NCBI GenBank assembly: GCA_963663405.2 | Contig: CAXXSM010000122.1 | Span: 89,955 to 153,954 of the forward strand | From: a bacterium | GTDB lineage: Bacteria; Hinthialibacterota; Hinthialibacteria; Hinthialibacterales; Hinthialibacteraceae | Direction: 5' to 3' | Length of the DNA stretch: 64,000 bases | Shown here: positions 51,341 through 64,000 of the stretch, one piece after another | How positions within the stretch are numbered: position 1 is the first letter of the stretch | Layout of the letters: each line of letters begins with the position of its first letter | The notes under the pieces: model-generated | Databases searched by the model: none | Told to the model about the DNA's origin: nothing | The model's input: the letters and a program-made list of their open reading frames with translations, nothing else | Translations under genes and position numbers: made by a program

Positions 51341-53484
51341 ATGAGCGGGCGGCTGTCACTCCTCTTAGTTGAAGACAATCCGGATGACGCCTTCTTGCTG
51401 TTGCGTCAAATTCGTGGAGAGGGATACGAGGTTGACGCGACCCAAATCCAAACCGCTGACGCATTGAAAAACGCTTTACGCGACAAAACTTGGGATTGCA
51501 TTCTATGCGACTATTCCATGCCGAAATTCAATGCGCTTGAAGCCCTTCAAGTTGTCAAGGAATCCCAACTGGATATCCCTTTTATCATTGTTTCAGGCGT
51601 TATCGGTGAAGAGACCGCGGTCTCAGGCCATGAAGGCCGGCGCTCATGATTACTTAAAGAAAGATCGATTATCCCGTCTGCTTCCCGCCAACGAGCGCGA
51701 GATTCGAGAAGCGAAGAATCGCGCGGGAGCGGCGTATCGCGGAAGAACAATTACAAAAACGGACCGCGGAATTAGCGAAAGCCCATAAGATCGCTCGTTT
51801 AGGCGACTGGGAGTGGCGGATTGAATCCAATTATTTTCATTGTTCCACTGAAGCCTATGAGCTTCTGGGGATCGATTCTGATCTCTTTGATTGTTGTTTG
51901 GAATCATTTCTACAATCGGTTCATCCATCGGATAGAGACAGAGTTCAGCAGGCGTTTCGAGATATCTTACTCAAAAAAAAACCGTTTAAAATTGAGTATC
52001 AAATCCAGCGAAGCGGTCACGACGATGTTTTCATGGAAACTCAAGCGGAACTTTCACTCGATTCCGCCGGTAAACCCACCCGGATTTTTGGCACGATTCA
52101 AGATATCAGCGAGCGGAAACGGCATGAAATAGAAAAAGCCATGCTGGAAGAGCAGATTCGCAACACAGTCTTGGATGGCATAATCGCCATAGGGCCAGAT
52201 CTCCGCATCAAGAATCTGAATTATGCAGCGGAAGCGTTTTTTGGAGTTCATTCCAGTGAAGTGATTGGAAAAACACTCAACGAACTTTGTGGGACTGAAC
52301 GGAAAACGATCGCTGAGACTGTCCACCGTTTTTTTTCATCAAAACGATATGTGCGCGAATACCAGGTTTCCGGTGGAACGGGGCATACGGCTTGGGCATG
52401 CGCGATTGGGGTGGCGCCCATGCTGAATCGCAATCAACCGGAAGCGATGGTTTTCATTCGGGATATTACTCATCTGCGCCCTTCCGTTTCAATTCCGTTA
52501 TCTGAACATTCTTTCGCCTCCATGGTTGGACAAAGCCCTCGTATGCTCGAGATATTTAAACTTATCCAGCATTTGGAGGAGATTGATTCCACCGTGCTGA
52601 TACAAGGCCCCAGCGGAACCGGTAAAGAACTGGTGGCCTCCGCCTTGCACAACCACAGCAGCCGGCGAGGCGGCCCCTATATCCGTGTCAATTGCGCCGC
52701 GTTACCCGAAAACTTGCTGGAGAGTGAACTGTTTGGACATATCCGCGGCGCGTTTACCGGCGCAGTGACGAATAAGGTTGGACGATTTGAATTGGCGAAT
52801 CAAGGGACGATTTTCCTGGATGAAATCGGCGATATCAGCGCTAACATGCAGAAACGGCTATTGCGGGTATTACAAGAACGTGAAATCGAACGGGTTGGGG
52901 AAACAAAAACGATCCCCATCGATGTTCGCATACTCGCCGCCACGAACCGGGATTTAGCCGATCTTGTCAACAAAGGCCGATTTCGTGAAGACCTTTTCTA
53001 TCGTCTTAAAGTCATTACAATCGAATTACCCGCCCTGAAAGATCGTTTGGAAGATATTCCTCTATTAGTGAACCATTTTTTCAAGAAATATCGAAGTCAT
53101 TTTGGACGGAATATCCACGAGATATCAAGTGAAGTGTTGGATATTTTGCAATCGTATGATTGGCCGGGGAATATACGGCAACTCGAGAATGTAATGGAAC
53201 ACGCAGTCGCTATGACACGTGGAAATAAGATAGAGAAGTATTCCCTTCCACATGAGATCTTATCCCTCCATCTCGAATCTAAGCCATTGCGATCAGATGC
53301 CGCTTCTCAAACACCACCTGAATCGATCGCAGCCAATGAGAATTCCGGCGCGCAAGCGTTACAAGAATTGTTGGACTCGGTTGGTTGGAATCGCACAAAA
53401 GCGGCTCAGATCCTGAAAGTAAACCGGAACACAATATGGCGTAAAATAAAAAAATACGGCCTGATTCCACCCCAGTACCGCTAA
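51341..53484 (+). CDS. REC-PAS-PAS sigma54-dependent enhancer-binding protein (frameshifted)
   Basis: REC domain; GPSGTGKE, ESELFGH, GAFTGA, FLDEIG, WPGNIRQL, C-terminal Fis HTH. Confidence 0.88.
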
Positions 53485-53523
53485 TTCATGAAATTCATAC
53501 CTTCATCATCTGCGCTCATTAAA

Positions 53524-53582
53524 TGTAGCAGCGCTACATGTAGCACTGCTCGTTCCACTCAATTCAATGTAGCGCATTTCTA
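53524..53582. promoter_or_regulatory. Candidate enhancer (UAS) boxes
   Basis: TGTAGC-AGC-GCTACA palindrome at 53524-53538 plus TGTAGC half-sites at 53539 and 53568. Confidence 0.6.
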
Positions 53583-53704
53583 CCTTAACGTTCTATTCCT
53601 TTACAAGATCATTTCATATTCTTACAAACAAATCTAAACCTAAATACCTCAATTCTCTCAATTTATTTAAATATCAACTTTATCTGAATAACGATATATA
53701 AAAT

Positions 53705-53720
53705 TGGCATATTAATTGTT
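53705..53720 (+). promoter_or_regulatory. Candidate sigma54 -24/-12 promoter
   Basis: TGGCATATTAATTGTT versus consensus TGGCACNNNNNTTGCW; correct spacing, -12 GC is GT. Confidence 0.55.
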
Positions 53721-53768
53721 ATAAATGTTTACAAATTGATTCAAAGAATTAGAAAAAGGAGAGAAACA

Positions 53769-55814
53769 ATGTATTGGAAAAACCTTAATTTGTGGAAGAA
53801 GATGTTTTTTGGATTTGGTTCAATTTTGTTTTTATTAATCCTTGTTGGGGTGTGGGCTCTAGCTGGGATCGGAAATATGAGTGAAAAAGTACAACGAAGC
53901 ACGACGTTGAATGCGATAAGCGATGAAATCCAACGCCGGGAAATCGATCACCTGAATTGGGCGTCTCAGGTCGCTCAACTATTAACGGACGATGAAATCA
54001 CGAAACTCAATGTACAAACTGATCCCCATAAATGCGCGTTTGGTCAGTGGTACGATAGTGAGGATCGCGCAAAAGCGGAAGAATTAATACCAGAATTAAA
54101 GCCTTTATTGGCTGAGATCAAAGAACACCATGACCACCTGCACGCATCGGCGATTGATATAGGAAAGACATTCAAACAAGCGAATGCACAATTAGGCAGT
54201 TTTTTGCGAGAGAAAAAAGTCGATCATCTGGCCTGGGCGCATAAAGTGAAAGATACATTTATCGATTCGACCATTCAAACAATCGATGTGGAAACAGATC
54301 CACATCGATGCGAGCTAGGAATGTGGATGTATTCCACAGAGACGAACCAGCTAAAAGAAAGCGATCCTACTTTCGCCGCCGCATTAGAAGAACTGGAAAT
54401 CCCCCATACCCGACTTCATCAAAGCGTTGTCCAGATTCAACGGTTGATCGATGAAGGAAAGCGGGAGGAAGCGGCTCAATTCTATATGAAAAATACCAAA
54501 CCAACTGCGTATGAATGCCTCGATAGAATTGACACGATTTTGGATTGGCATGACAAACAAGTCCAAGGAATGCAGGAAGCCAATCTGATCTATACAAAAG
54601 AAACAAAACCCGCCTTGAAAAAAGTCCAATCCATTCTCGGGCAGATCGCCTCGAACGCAAAAAATACAGCGCTTGCAGAGCAAGAGAAGATGAATTCCAT
54701 CACAACTACAACCCGGATTACTGTAATGGCGGTGACGATCTTGGCCTGCCTTGCAGGGATTGTATTGGCTTGGATGATTACCCGTGGAATCATTGGTCCT
54801 TTGAAACAAGGAGTCTCAATCGCTGCGGAGGTCTCGGATGGTAATTTAACACAAATCTTTAAACTGGATCAAAAGGATGAAGTCGGACAGCTGGCCAGGG
54901 CGCTCAATCATATGTCAGAAAATCTGAGTCATGTTGTCTCAAATATTCAGCGAGTGGCTGAGCAAGTCGCTTCGAGTAGTGAAGAACTCTCCGCTTCCTC
55001 TCAAAGCCTCGCCAGCGCAACGACGGAGCAAGCGTCCAGTTTGGAAGAAACGTCCGCATCGATCGAAGAGCTCTCTTCGACAATCGATCAAAACGCCTCC
55101 AATTCGAAACATGTGAATGAAATCGCACAGAAATCCGCTGTAAACGCCGAACAAGGTGGAAACGCCGTATTAAAAACCGTTGACAATATGCGCAAAATCG
55201 CGGAACAGATCACAATCGTCGATGATATTGCCGATCAGACCAATCTTTTAGCGCTGAATGCGGCGATCGAAGCGGCCCGCGCGGGTGAAATGGGCAAAGG
55301 TTTTGCCGTCGTAGCCGTCGAAGTGCGTAAATTGGCGGAGCGCTCACAACAAGCCGCCCGTGAAATTAGTGATCTGGCGAAAATCAGCGTGGAAGGAGCA
55401 GATCAGGCCGGTAAACTGATCCAAGAGATTATTCCCGATATTAAACTGACGGCTCAGCTGGTACAAGATATCACCGTTACCTGCCAGGAACAGTCAGCGG
55501 GAGCGGATCAGATCCGTAACGCGTTGGGAACATTGGATCAAGTTACGCAGCAAAATTCGGCCACTTCGGAAGAAAGCGCAGCCGCGAGTCAAGAACTCGC
55601 CGCTCAAGCGCAGTCAATGCAAGAACTGATTTCCCGTTTCCAAATCCGGAATTCAAAGATTGATCCGACATGGATCCCTAAGAACAGCCATACCGCTATA
55701 CAAGAAATAAGTTACAAACCAAATGCCGGTAAGACAAATGGAAAAAGCCGATTCAACAATAGACGGAATCCTGTCTCTGTCTCTTGTTTGGATTCAGAGT
55801 TTACTGAGTTTTAA
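53769..55814 (+). CDS. Methyl-accepting chemotaxis protein with two CZB domains
   Basis: TM1; two DHL.W..TDPH.C..G.W..H..LH motifs; TM2; HAMP; [18 protein letters not shown]. Confidence 0.92.
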   Translation: MYWKNLNLWKKMFFGFGSILFLLILVGVWALAGIGNMSEKVQRSTTLNAISDEIQRREIDHLNWASQVAQLLTDDEITKLNVQTDPHKCAFGQWYDSEDRAKAEELIPELKPLLAEIKEHHDHLHASAIDIGKTFKQANAQLGSFLREKKVDHLAWAHKVKDTFIDSTIQTIDVETDPHRCELGMWMYSTETNQLKESDPTFAAALEELEIPHTRLHQSVVQIQRLIDEGKREEAAQFYMKNTKPTAYECLDRIDTILDWHDKQVQGMQEANLIYTKETKPALKKVQSILGQIASNAKNTALAEQEKMNSITTTTRITVMAVTILACLAGIVLAWMITRGIIGPLKQGVSIAAEVSDGNLTQIFKLDQKDEVGQLARALNHMSENLSHVVSNIQRVAEQVASSSEELSASSQSLASATTEQASSLEETSASIEELSSTIDQNASNSKHVNEIAQKSAVNAEQGGNAVLKTVDNMRKIAEQITIVDDIADQTNLLALNAAIEAARAGEMGKGFAVVAVEVRKLAERSQQAAREISDLAKISVEGADQAGKLIQEIIPDIKLTAQLVQDITVTCQEQSAGADQIRNALGTLDQVTQQNSATSEESAAASQELAAQAQSMQELISRFQIRNSKIDPTWIPKNSHTAIQEISYKPNAGKTNGKSRFNNRRNPVSVSCLDSEFTEF

Positions 55815-55950
55815 ACAGAAGTTCTATCGTTTGGGAAGGGTGAGATTGGCTCTATTTCATGCAGGCTTCTTATCCTTCCCTTCGTTTCTTTTCGAACTGG
55901 AACGAATCAGGCGCCATGAGTGATTGAAATATCTAAATAGGAGTGAAAAG

Positions 55951-57469
55951 ATGAACAACGCCATCCATAAGAAAAACACCAAAAAATCAAAGATCCGAAT
56001 TCTTATGGTAGAGGATTCTCCCGATGACGCTACGCTTATCATCATCGAACTCCGCCGAGGGGGATTCCAATCCGATTATACTCGCGTTGATAAAATCGCC
56101 GAACTCAAAACCGCTTTAGCTACTCAGAAATGGGATCTCATAATCGCCGACTTTTCCTTGCCGGGATTTAACGCGCTTGAAAGTCTATCCATCATACGCT
56201 CGCATTCACGCTATCTGCCAGTGATCGTCGTTTCTGGAGTTGTCAATGAAGAAATGGCTGTTAATGTGATGAGGGCCGGCGCGCAGGATTTTATTCCTAA
56301 AGAAAACCTATCTCGTTTAATTCCCGCGGTCGAGCGTGAAATGCAGGATGTATTACGCCGCAATCAACAAATCCTGACAGAAGAAATACTTAGACAATTT
56401 GCGATGGTGATTGAACAAACGCATGAAATTGTTGTGATCACCGATACAAATGGCACGATTCAGTATGTCAATCCCACTTTCGAAAAAGTAACTGGATACA
56501 GTTATCGTGAGGCGATCGGACAGAATCCACGAATTTTAAAAAGTGGAAAACATAACGAAAAACTCTATCAACAAATGTGGGAAACGATTTCCCAAGGGAA
56601 AAAGTGGTCAGGAAGATTAATCAACAAACGGAAAGACGGAAGTCTTTTCACAGAAGAAACATCGATTATCCCCCTGATGAATGAAGAAGGTGAACTGGAT
56701 AGTTACGTCGCAGTCAAACGGGATATCACCGGCCAACTCGAGTTAGAAGAGCAATTGCATCAAGCGCAAAAGATGGAATCAATCGGCCGCTTGACCGGAG
56801 GGATCGCGCACGATTTTAAAAACCTTCTCACCCCCATTCTGGGGTATTCCCAAATGCTCCTTCACTACGGCTCGCTAAATGATGAGACGAAAGGGCAGAT
56901 TGAGCAAATCAATATCGCCGCCATTAGCGCAAACAATTTAATTGAACAACTGTTGGCTTTCAGCCGAAAACAGATTCTGAAGAAAGAATCCGTCTCCTTA
57001 AACGAGATCATTGGATCCATGCAGGGAATCCTCCAGCAAACACTTGGGGATGACATCGAGTTAAAAATAGATTTATCTCACGATGTGAGTGATATTTGCT
57101 CCGATAAAACTCAGATTGAACGGGTGATCATGAATTTGACCACGAATGCCCGTGAAGGCCATGCCAAATGGTGGACATGTCATTATCACCGTACAGAATA
57201 CCTCTCTCTACGAACAAAGCGCAAACAATCCATCAGGTATTCCCCCTGGAGAATATGTTGCGCTTACATTTATGGACAACGGGAATGGTATGGACGAATC
57301 AACATTGAAAAAGATATTCGAACCCTTTTTTACAAACAAAGATAAAGGAACAGGATTAGGTTTGTCTACCGTCTATGGAATTATTAAACAAAGTAACGGA
57401 TACATTTCTGTCAAGAGTAAAAAAGGAGAAGGAACGGAATTCACGATTTTCCTGCCTCAATGCAGTTGA
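55951..57469 (+). CDS. Hybrid REC-PAS histidine kinase (frameshift near 57150)
   Basis: REC, PAS GQNPRILKSG, GGIAHDFKN H-box, FEPFFT, GTGLGL. Confidence 0.88.
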
Positions 57470-57606
57470 TCGAATAACCTTTACTATCTTACTCCTATTC
57501 GTTGAAGAGAGAGGATCTCAATAATGAAAAAAATATCTTTTGGTCGATTGATACCTTCTCTCCTTTATGCGAAAATCTCTTGATGCTAAGAACCAAGGAG
57601 TAAATC

Positions 57607-58848
57607 ATGCCAACAATAAGAACCGTTGTCCTAATTGTCAGTATTCTGTTTATACCCTCTCTATCTCACACGGATGATCTTTCACAACAAATTGCCCAGC
57701 ATCGTATGGGCACGCTCACAGTGATCGCCGCTCCTGGCGCAAGTGTTCAGATTGAGCAAGTTCGCCATGACTTTTGGTTTGGAGCGGCGCTTTCGAACTG
57801 GATGTTTCAACCTGGAAATACTTCTCCTGACGCGCAGAAGTATAAAGAAGTATTTCTGGAGAAACTTTAACTCTGCAGTGACAGAGAACGCCGTGAAATG
57901 GCATTCCATGGAACGGAGAAAAGGTCAAGTGAATTATTCGATTGTTGATGCAATGTTAGAGTGGACGGACGAGAATGAGATCCCTCTTCGCGGCCATAAT
58001 TTATTTTGGGGTATTTCCCAATTCGTGCAGCCTTGGCTGAAAGAATTGAATGACGATGAATTGCGCGAAGCAATACGTAACCGCGCGATTACGATGGGCA
58101 AACGTTATAAAGGCCGGTTCGCCGAATACGACCTCAATAATGAGATGATTCATGGGAATTACTACGAAGAACGGCTAGGTCCGGGAATCACCAAAAAGAT
58201 GACAGACTGGTTTTAAACAAGAAGATCCCAACACGCCGTTGTTCGTCAACGACTATGATATTTTGACAGGAAACCGGTTAGATGATTATGTCAAAACACA
58301 TCCGTGGACTACTCGGCGCGGACATTCCCATCGATGGAATTGGCGTTCAAGGGCATATCCATGGTGAAACATTCAACGCTGATGCGCTCCAGAACTCTCT
58401 CGACGTCTTGGCTCAATTCAATCTACCTATCCGCATTACCGAGTTCAACATGCCCGGCCAGAAATCTTCTTTTTACAGACAGCGAGGAGCCAAACTCACC
58501 GGCGAACAGGAGAAGCAGAAAGCAGAAGAACTAGTTAAATATTATCGCATCTGTTTCGCGCATCCAGCGGTGGAAGGTATCCTAATGTGGGGATTTTGGG
58601 AAGGAGCCAACTGGATTCCCGTCTCTTCACTGTATCTTCGAGATTGGACGCCTACTCCTGCGGCGCATGCCTACCGTGATCTCGTGTTTAACAAATGGTG
58701 GACGAAATATGACGGCAAGACGGATGATGACGGATATTGCGAAGTCAAAGCATTCTATGGGAAATACCGCGTGAAGGTCAACGAGAATATGAAATTCGTC
58801 GAACTCAAGAAGAAGGATGGCAAAAAGACCGTTTCATTCTTAGAATAA
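57607..58848 (+). CDS. GH10 endo-1,4-beta-xylanase (frameshifted into three ORFs)
   Basis: ENAVKW, LRGHNLFW, YDLNNE, DGIGVQGH, PIRITEF, MWGFW. Confidence 0.88.
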
Positions 58849-58993
58849 TCACTCATAATGAATTCCTTGTTTCTTTGAATTGCAGGGATGAATTGATAAA
58901 TGTCCACAAATCAAATTTTACTTTTGTTAAATATTGTTAAACCTGCTAATATGGAATGTGATATATACTATTTCAAGAAAGGAAACCGAAGTT

Positions 58994-59236
58994 ATGGCTC
59001 TACGAATCGTATGTTTTAGCCCGAAATATGGCCCCGCAGGAACAATCGTTCAAATCAAAGGCGAGGGATTCGCCAGCGCGCGCGCGGTGAAATTTAATAG
59101 AACAAAATCCACCTCGTTTACTGTTTCGGGGGATTCATTGATAAAAGCCAAAGTTCCTGCTGGAGCGACTTCAGGACGTATTGAAGTCGCAGGGATCGCG
59201 GATAAAACCGAAACCGCGGAGTTTTTTACAATCTAA
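58994..59236 (+). CDS. Small stand-alone IPT/TIG domain protein
   Basis: FSPKYGPAGTIVQIKGEGF...VKFN...AKVPAGATSGRIEV. Confidence 0.75.
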   Translation: MALRIVCFSPKYGPAGTIVQIKGEGFASARAVKFNRTKSTSFTVSGDSLIKAKVPAGATSGRIEVAGIADKTETAEFFTI

Positions 59237-59251
59237 GCGAGCCGCATTGTA

Positions 59252-61199
59252 CTATAATATTTTCGGTTGGATATGTTGATCAAACCACTGCTTTAAGCAG
59301 CCTTCTAATTGCTTCTCCCATTTTCGTTCCAGGCTGTCAGATTCGGTTTCTGTCTTGAAGAAATTCAAGTAATCCCTCATGGACTGTTTCCGGTGGGGTT
59401 CAATGCCACTGATCGTATTCTCGATAAAGTGTTTGCGCGCCGATTTGAGCGTGATCGTGTATCCCTCGATCCACAAGAATAGAATTTGAAGAAAGCGCTG
59501 CAAATCTTTGATTGGGAATTGATCGCTGATGGTGTTGGGGAACGCATCGTCAAGGCGTTTGTTTTGACCGGGCAACGATAATGTGTCCGTCAACCAGAAG
59601 GGGCATTCCGCATTCAAGTACGCTAAAAAGAGATCGTTGATATCTTTAATAAAATCTTTTACAACGACGCTCAGATTCTCAACACTTGGATGCTCAATGT
59701 GAGAACCTTCTGCGCCGGAGTTGGACGTAAGACATGATTCAATTTTGGATTTAAGCGTTTGACGGAGGGAGTCTATTGTTTGATCGGTCAGTTCCGCGGT
59801 TTCAATATCAGGGATTGATTGTTCCCGTCCGAGAGATTCACTCATAGCCTTATCCATTTGCTGAATGAGTTCCCACAACCGTTCTTCCCGGTGCGATGGG
59901 ATTGGTTCGGCAGTCTTTTCTTTCGACTCCGATTCTTCCATAATTTGAATCGCATTTTTCAGTTTTTGGATTTCGAGATCTTTTTCATGGATCTGAATAT
60001 GCGTTTTCTTTAACTCGATCTCATTGGCTTGCAATTCTTTCCTTAATTCTTTGATTTCTCGATCGTTATCTCGTATCTGCGCTTTTTCCCGGCGCAACCG
60101 GCGCTCCATTTCTTCAAATTCGCGTTCTTTTTGCCGCAGGATTTCTAAATATTGACTGAGTCCACGCTGGATATCCGTAATCGTATAATCTTCAGCGTTT
60201 TTATTCGTTGATGGAACCGGAGAACTGATCCGTTGGTCCCGCGCTTTCGTTTCAGCGGCAATCGAAGCGCTGGAGGCAGGTTCTTTTCCAAGTTTTGTAG
60301 ATTCGCCATGCGCTGGTAAGGCGGTTGACTGCGTGGGTTTGATCCCCGTGCGCTCTTCAATGACAGACGCGATGATCTTTCCATCTACAGCTTCACAGTT
60401 ATTTTTTCGCTGCGAAGCGGCACGCTTCTTCTAGTATCTCAATCTGGATTCCGGGGCGGATCGATGATTTTAAATATTTCTCACAATACTCCAGTGTGGC
60501 GCTAATGGCGGAGGGATTGATCTGGAGATCATATTCTTCGTTTTCAAACCAGTGTTGACGTTCTCTCAATATCTCTTCCGTTTCGGCCTCGGACAATTCA
60601 GAGAGATCAAGCGGTTGGAACAGAGGAGCGTTATTCCAAGGGGCGCAATTGTTAAAATATTTGTAATACGCGTCGTTTTCAATCGTGACAATCCATTTAT
60701 CCTGGGTTTGTGACAACCAAAGGCCCAGTTCATGGGGATCGGCTCCCATCTGCGCCAATCGCTGTATATCTGGTGTGTAGAGGATTGGCTGGCTGTACGC
60801 CCTTTCCACTTTTCCCGCGTGATTAAAGATATTTCCACGAAGGTATTTTAAATTGGCTTCGTCTTCCGCTAATATTTCCGAGGGGATCAAAAAGATCGTC
60901 GCTCCTTGGATGGAGGTTTGTGTGTCTCCTTCAATGAGTTTTTTTGTGAGCAGCTGTACGAGAGCCTGTTTACCGGCTCCCTGATTTCCCACAATCATGA
61001 GGATATTGACATCCCGGTTTTCCAGGTGGCTGATCGCAGTTTGCACTTCTTTTTCACGAAATGGGTAAATCAGTGGTGGAAATTCCCCGTTGCTGATACT
61101 TTCGTTTATGCTTCGCGCTGTGTCTTTCATTAAAACCTCTGTTTCATCCTTGAACGGAATCAAATGATCTGACTTGGATGCTTGATCTTCTCCGGTCAT
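59252..61199 (-). CDS. Degenerate Clp/ClpV-like AAA domain fused to coiled coil and unknown C-terminal domain (frameshift near 60402)
   Basis: REKEV, GNQGAGK Walker A, FQPLDLSELSEAET..IL, after frameshift IASVIEERTGI. Confidence 0.65.
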
Positions 61200-61827
61200 G
61201 GAATGAATGTGTCATCCATCGATTTGAGTTTCCACGCGCGATCCGATTCCGTCAATACCGGTGGAGGGATAATGAATCGTTGACGCAGTGAGGATGAACC
61301 GTTAGATGAAAATTGAAATATTATTCATTCTATTCAACGCCCCATTGAAAATCAATGTGATTTCAAAATTGATGGTTTCCGATGTGGGATCACATTTGTT
61401 TTTCTACGAAGGATTACAAACAATAATATGCCCGTCTCGATGGGAACAATTTGAAATGATCGTTGATTCTCTTGTATCAAAAATGTGCAAATCTCATTGG
61501 ATTGCGATTTAGTTCTTGTCTTTCCCACAGCTCTGACATTATAATGGAATCCCGGATTTCAGATGAACTTTCCAATACAGAAAGCAAAAGCGTATTTGGG
61601 AAGTGTGCACATAAATAAAATAATTCTACCATCATCACGTTAGAGAATGCAGATCTATGTCAAGTATCTATCCTTTACGCTTTATCGCTAACGTCAGCAG
61701 TTGGGGAGATGTCTTTCAAGTCCCCACGGGATAAAAAATAATAGCCTGAATTTCAATCCTGAGAGTTCGCTAAGAAGGACGATTCGTACGCGCCGCGTAA
61801 GAAACGGAACGGAAGAAGGAGTTCGAA

Positions 61828-63281
61828 ATGAAATTCCCGTTTGATTTGAAATCCCCGGTAGAAATCCATTGGGAAGAAGGGATGTTCATGCGTCCACATC
61901 ATTTCCAATTGGCGCATCGGAGCTTGATGAATTTGAATTCCATGCGGCTGGAACGGGCGCGTCCTTGGAACTACGGCGTCATTCATTTAGATGTCAACCA
62001 CAGCGCTTTGCCGCAGCATTTGTTTGAAATTCAGTCCTGCGAGGCGGCGCTTCAAAACGGGCAATGGATATCGATTCCAGGAAACGCCAAGATCAGTGAA
62101 AAATCTTTTGAAAACGCCATGAAGGCGCTCGTGAGTTCCACCATCCCCTTCTCGGAAAAGGGAATCACGGTTTATCTTGGCGTCCCGAAAATGAACGAAG
62201 CCAAACGAAATGTCATCGATTATGACGATTCGACCGATACAAAGGGAATCCGGTTCACAATCGACACGGAACGAGTGTTTGATGAAAACACCGGCCGCCA
62301 GCAGCCGCAGGAAATCAAAATCCGTTCACTGAACGCCTGCATTCTGTTTGACAATGAAAATCTTTCGGATTACGACACCTTGCCGATCGCTCGTATTCTG
62401 CCCCCCGGTCATGGACAACCGTATCCATCAATCGACAAGGATTTTATTCCACCCATTCTAGCCGTGTCAGACGAAACTTGGCCTTCCTTATACCGGATGG
62501 TAAAAAAAATTAAGTGATGAAATCCTAAATAAAAGCAACGAAATCGCGCTTGGCATGGCGAACAAGGAAATCGCAGACAGCGCGGAGAAATCAAAAGGCG
62601 CGGAATATCTGATGCGGCTTCAAACGCTTCACCGGGGAGCGGCGGTTTTTGAATCAACTGGTTGTCAATCCCGTCTATCATCCAAACGATGTGTATTTGG
62701 AGATTTGCCGGATCGCCGCGGATTTGTCGGTGTTTCATCATACCCGGCATCTGCAGGATATTCCTTCGTACGATCATGAAAAATTGGGGTATTGTTTCCG
62801 GACCTTGTCGGATCTCATTATGAACCTGCTCAGCATCACCGTTGAGCAGAACTTCGTTCGCGTTCCATTTATCACTCGCGGGGAGCGACTGGAATGCGAC
62901 CTGCAGCCGGAATGGTTCCATCCCGCCAATGATTTCTTCATCGGTATTGAATATGACATCAACTCGGTCTCCGAAGAAGAAGCCGAGGAATTGATGAATA
63001 TGGATCAAGTAAAAATCGCCTCGCCCAACAAAGTCGTTGAGGCGGTGAGGGACCGTGTGCGGGGGATCAAAACGCGCCGCCAACTCACGCCCCCTGACGA
63101 ACTTCCCTCGTATAATAATATTCGATACTATATGATGATAAATGAAAAAAGGAGAGATAAAAAGGACAAATATTGGGAGGGGATTGAAAATGAAAAAACC
63201 ATCGCGATCACCCACGCCCAGCAGACGCAGCAAATTAAATACTGGCTCTTTGTCCGTTTCCCATCAGAGCCGGTTAAATAA
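61828..63281 (+). CDS. tssK: Type VI secretion baseplate subunit TssK (frameshifted)
   Basis: IHWEEGMFMRPHHFQ, WNYGV, LPIARI, DFIPPIL, HPNDVYLE, PSYDHE. Confidence 0.88.
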
Positions 63282-63346
63282 ATCCAGAATCCATCTCGTG
63301 AACTGATATATAGCCCTTCCAAAGGGGATGTGAAGGAAAGATACCA

Positions 63347-64000
63347 ATGGCGCAGATAAGTCAGGATTTCAAGGATAGTGTGCTTTCTCTGATCGATGAA
63401 CTCATCACTGTTGTTTTTATGTTTCGCCAACGCATCCGGCAAGGCTTTCATCCCGAATTCAACGAATTTCGCGATGAGATTGAAAAATGCTTTGAGAAAA
63501 TTGACAACACAGTTCGCGACAGTGATGACGCGCGTTTGAAAACTCTCTTCAACTCAAAAAAATCGCAGAGTGAAAATATCGGGAAGTACATTCTCGCCGC
63601 CTTCGTCGATGACATCGCCTGCGGCGCCCAGCCCAAATGGGAGCATAGTGATAAATGGCTGAAAAACACGCTTGAATTTATGTTTTTCGACACCTACGTC
63701 GCAGGAGACGATATCCCAGACATTATCTCCGATATTAACGAATACGAAGATAAAAACACTGTGGCCGAACTGCTATTCGCGGCCTTGGCGTTGGGATATC
63801 AGGGTAAATTACCGGAGTATTTTGATGATGTGGATCGAAAAATCAGCGATTTATATCACCTGATGCCCGATCAAAACAAAGTGACATCGAATGTATCCTC
63901 AAACGGTCAGAAATTCATTCCACAGGCTTACGAAAATATCGAGGCGGGGAAATCGAAAAAACTGATTAGTATATTCACTCTATTTTGGACGATTTTCTGG
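63347..64000 (+). CDS. tssL: TssL/DotU-family protein (partial, runs off window)
   Basis: KYILAAFVDD, W...LEFMFF...AG, LALGYQGK, start of C-terminal TM; follows tssK. Confidence 0.85.
   Translation, partial: MAQISQDFKDSVLSLIDELITVVFMFRQRIRQGFHPEFNEFRDEIEKCFEKIDNTVRDSDDARLKTLFNSKKSQSENIGKYILAAFVDDIACGAQPKWEHSDKWLKNTLEFMFFDTYVAGDDIPDIISDINEYEDKNTVAELLFAALALGYQGKLPEYFDDVDRKISDLYHLMPDQNKVTSNVSSNGQKFIPQAYENIEAGKSKKLISIFTLFWTIFW

Noticed and set aside
62409-63233. 274-aa minus-strand ORF and other antisense ORFs in the track
   Set aside because: Antisense shadows of well-supported genes (here tssK)
1-64000. tRNA or rRNA genes
   Set aside because: No cloverleaf/T-loop context or rRNA-conserved motifs recognised by eye; tRNAscan-SE and barrnap would confirm

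Overview
Bacterial accessory-rich window. 1-7.8 kb is a pile-up of nested mobile elements: an IS3 end, a class C group II intron 5' fragment, a Tn3 tnpA remnant, an intact Tn3-family element with a tyrosine recombinase and perfect 40-bp IRs, an AbiE type IV TA pair and a serine resolvase. 8-13.7 kb is cargo between Tn3-like ends and holds the best novel-system candidate: a divergent ECF-sigma-like protein fused through one hydrophobic helix to 12 tandem copies of a 15-aa peptide (core QAGDSRQ), followed by a cytoplasmic TPR protein and facing a divergent operon of small and secreted proteins. The layout suggests a peptide-signalling cassette (inference). Next come tamA/tamB, then an array of polymorphic toxin/immunity cassettes (signal peptide + N-terminally incomplete HINT + variable toxin, separated by REP-like hairpins), and an IS with 5-bp target duplication. 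The right half has glycoside hydrolases (GH62, GH2, GH95 remnant, GH10), secreted modular proteins, a BlaR1/M56-FG-GAP fusion, a PAS-kinase/sigma54/chemoreceptor block, and the start of a T6SS-like locus (degenerate Clp-like gene, tssK, tssL). Many genes after 30 kb are split, often at homopolymers, probably by sequencing errors. All calls are from motif recognition by eye; no searches were run.
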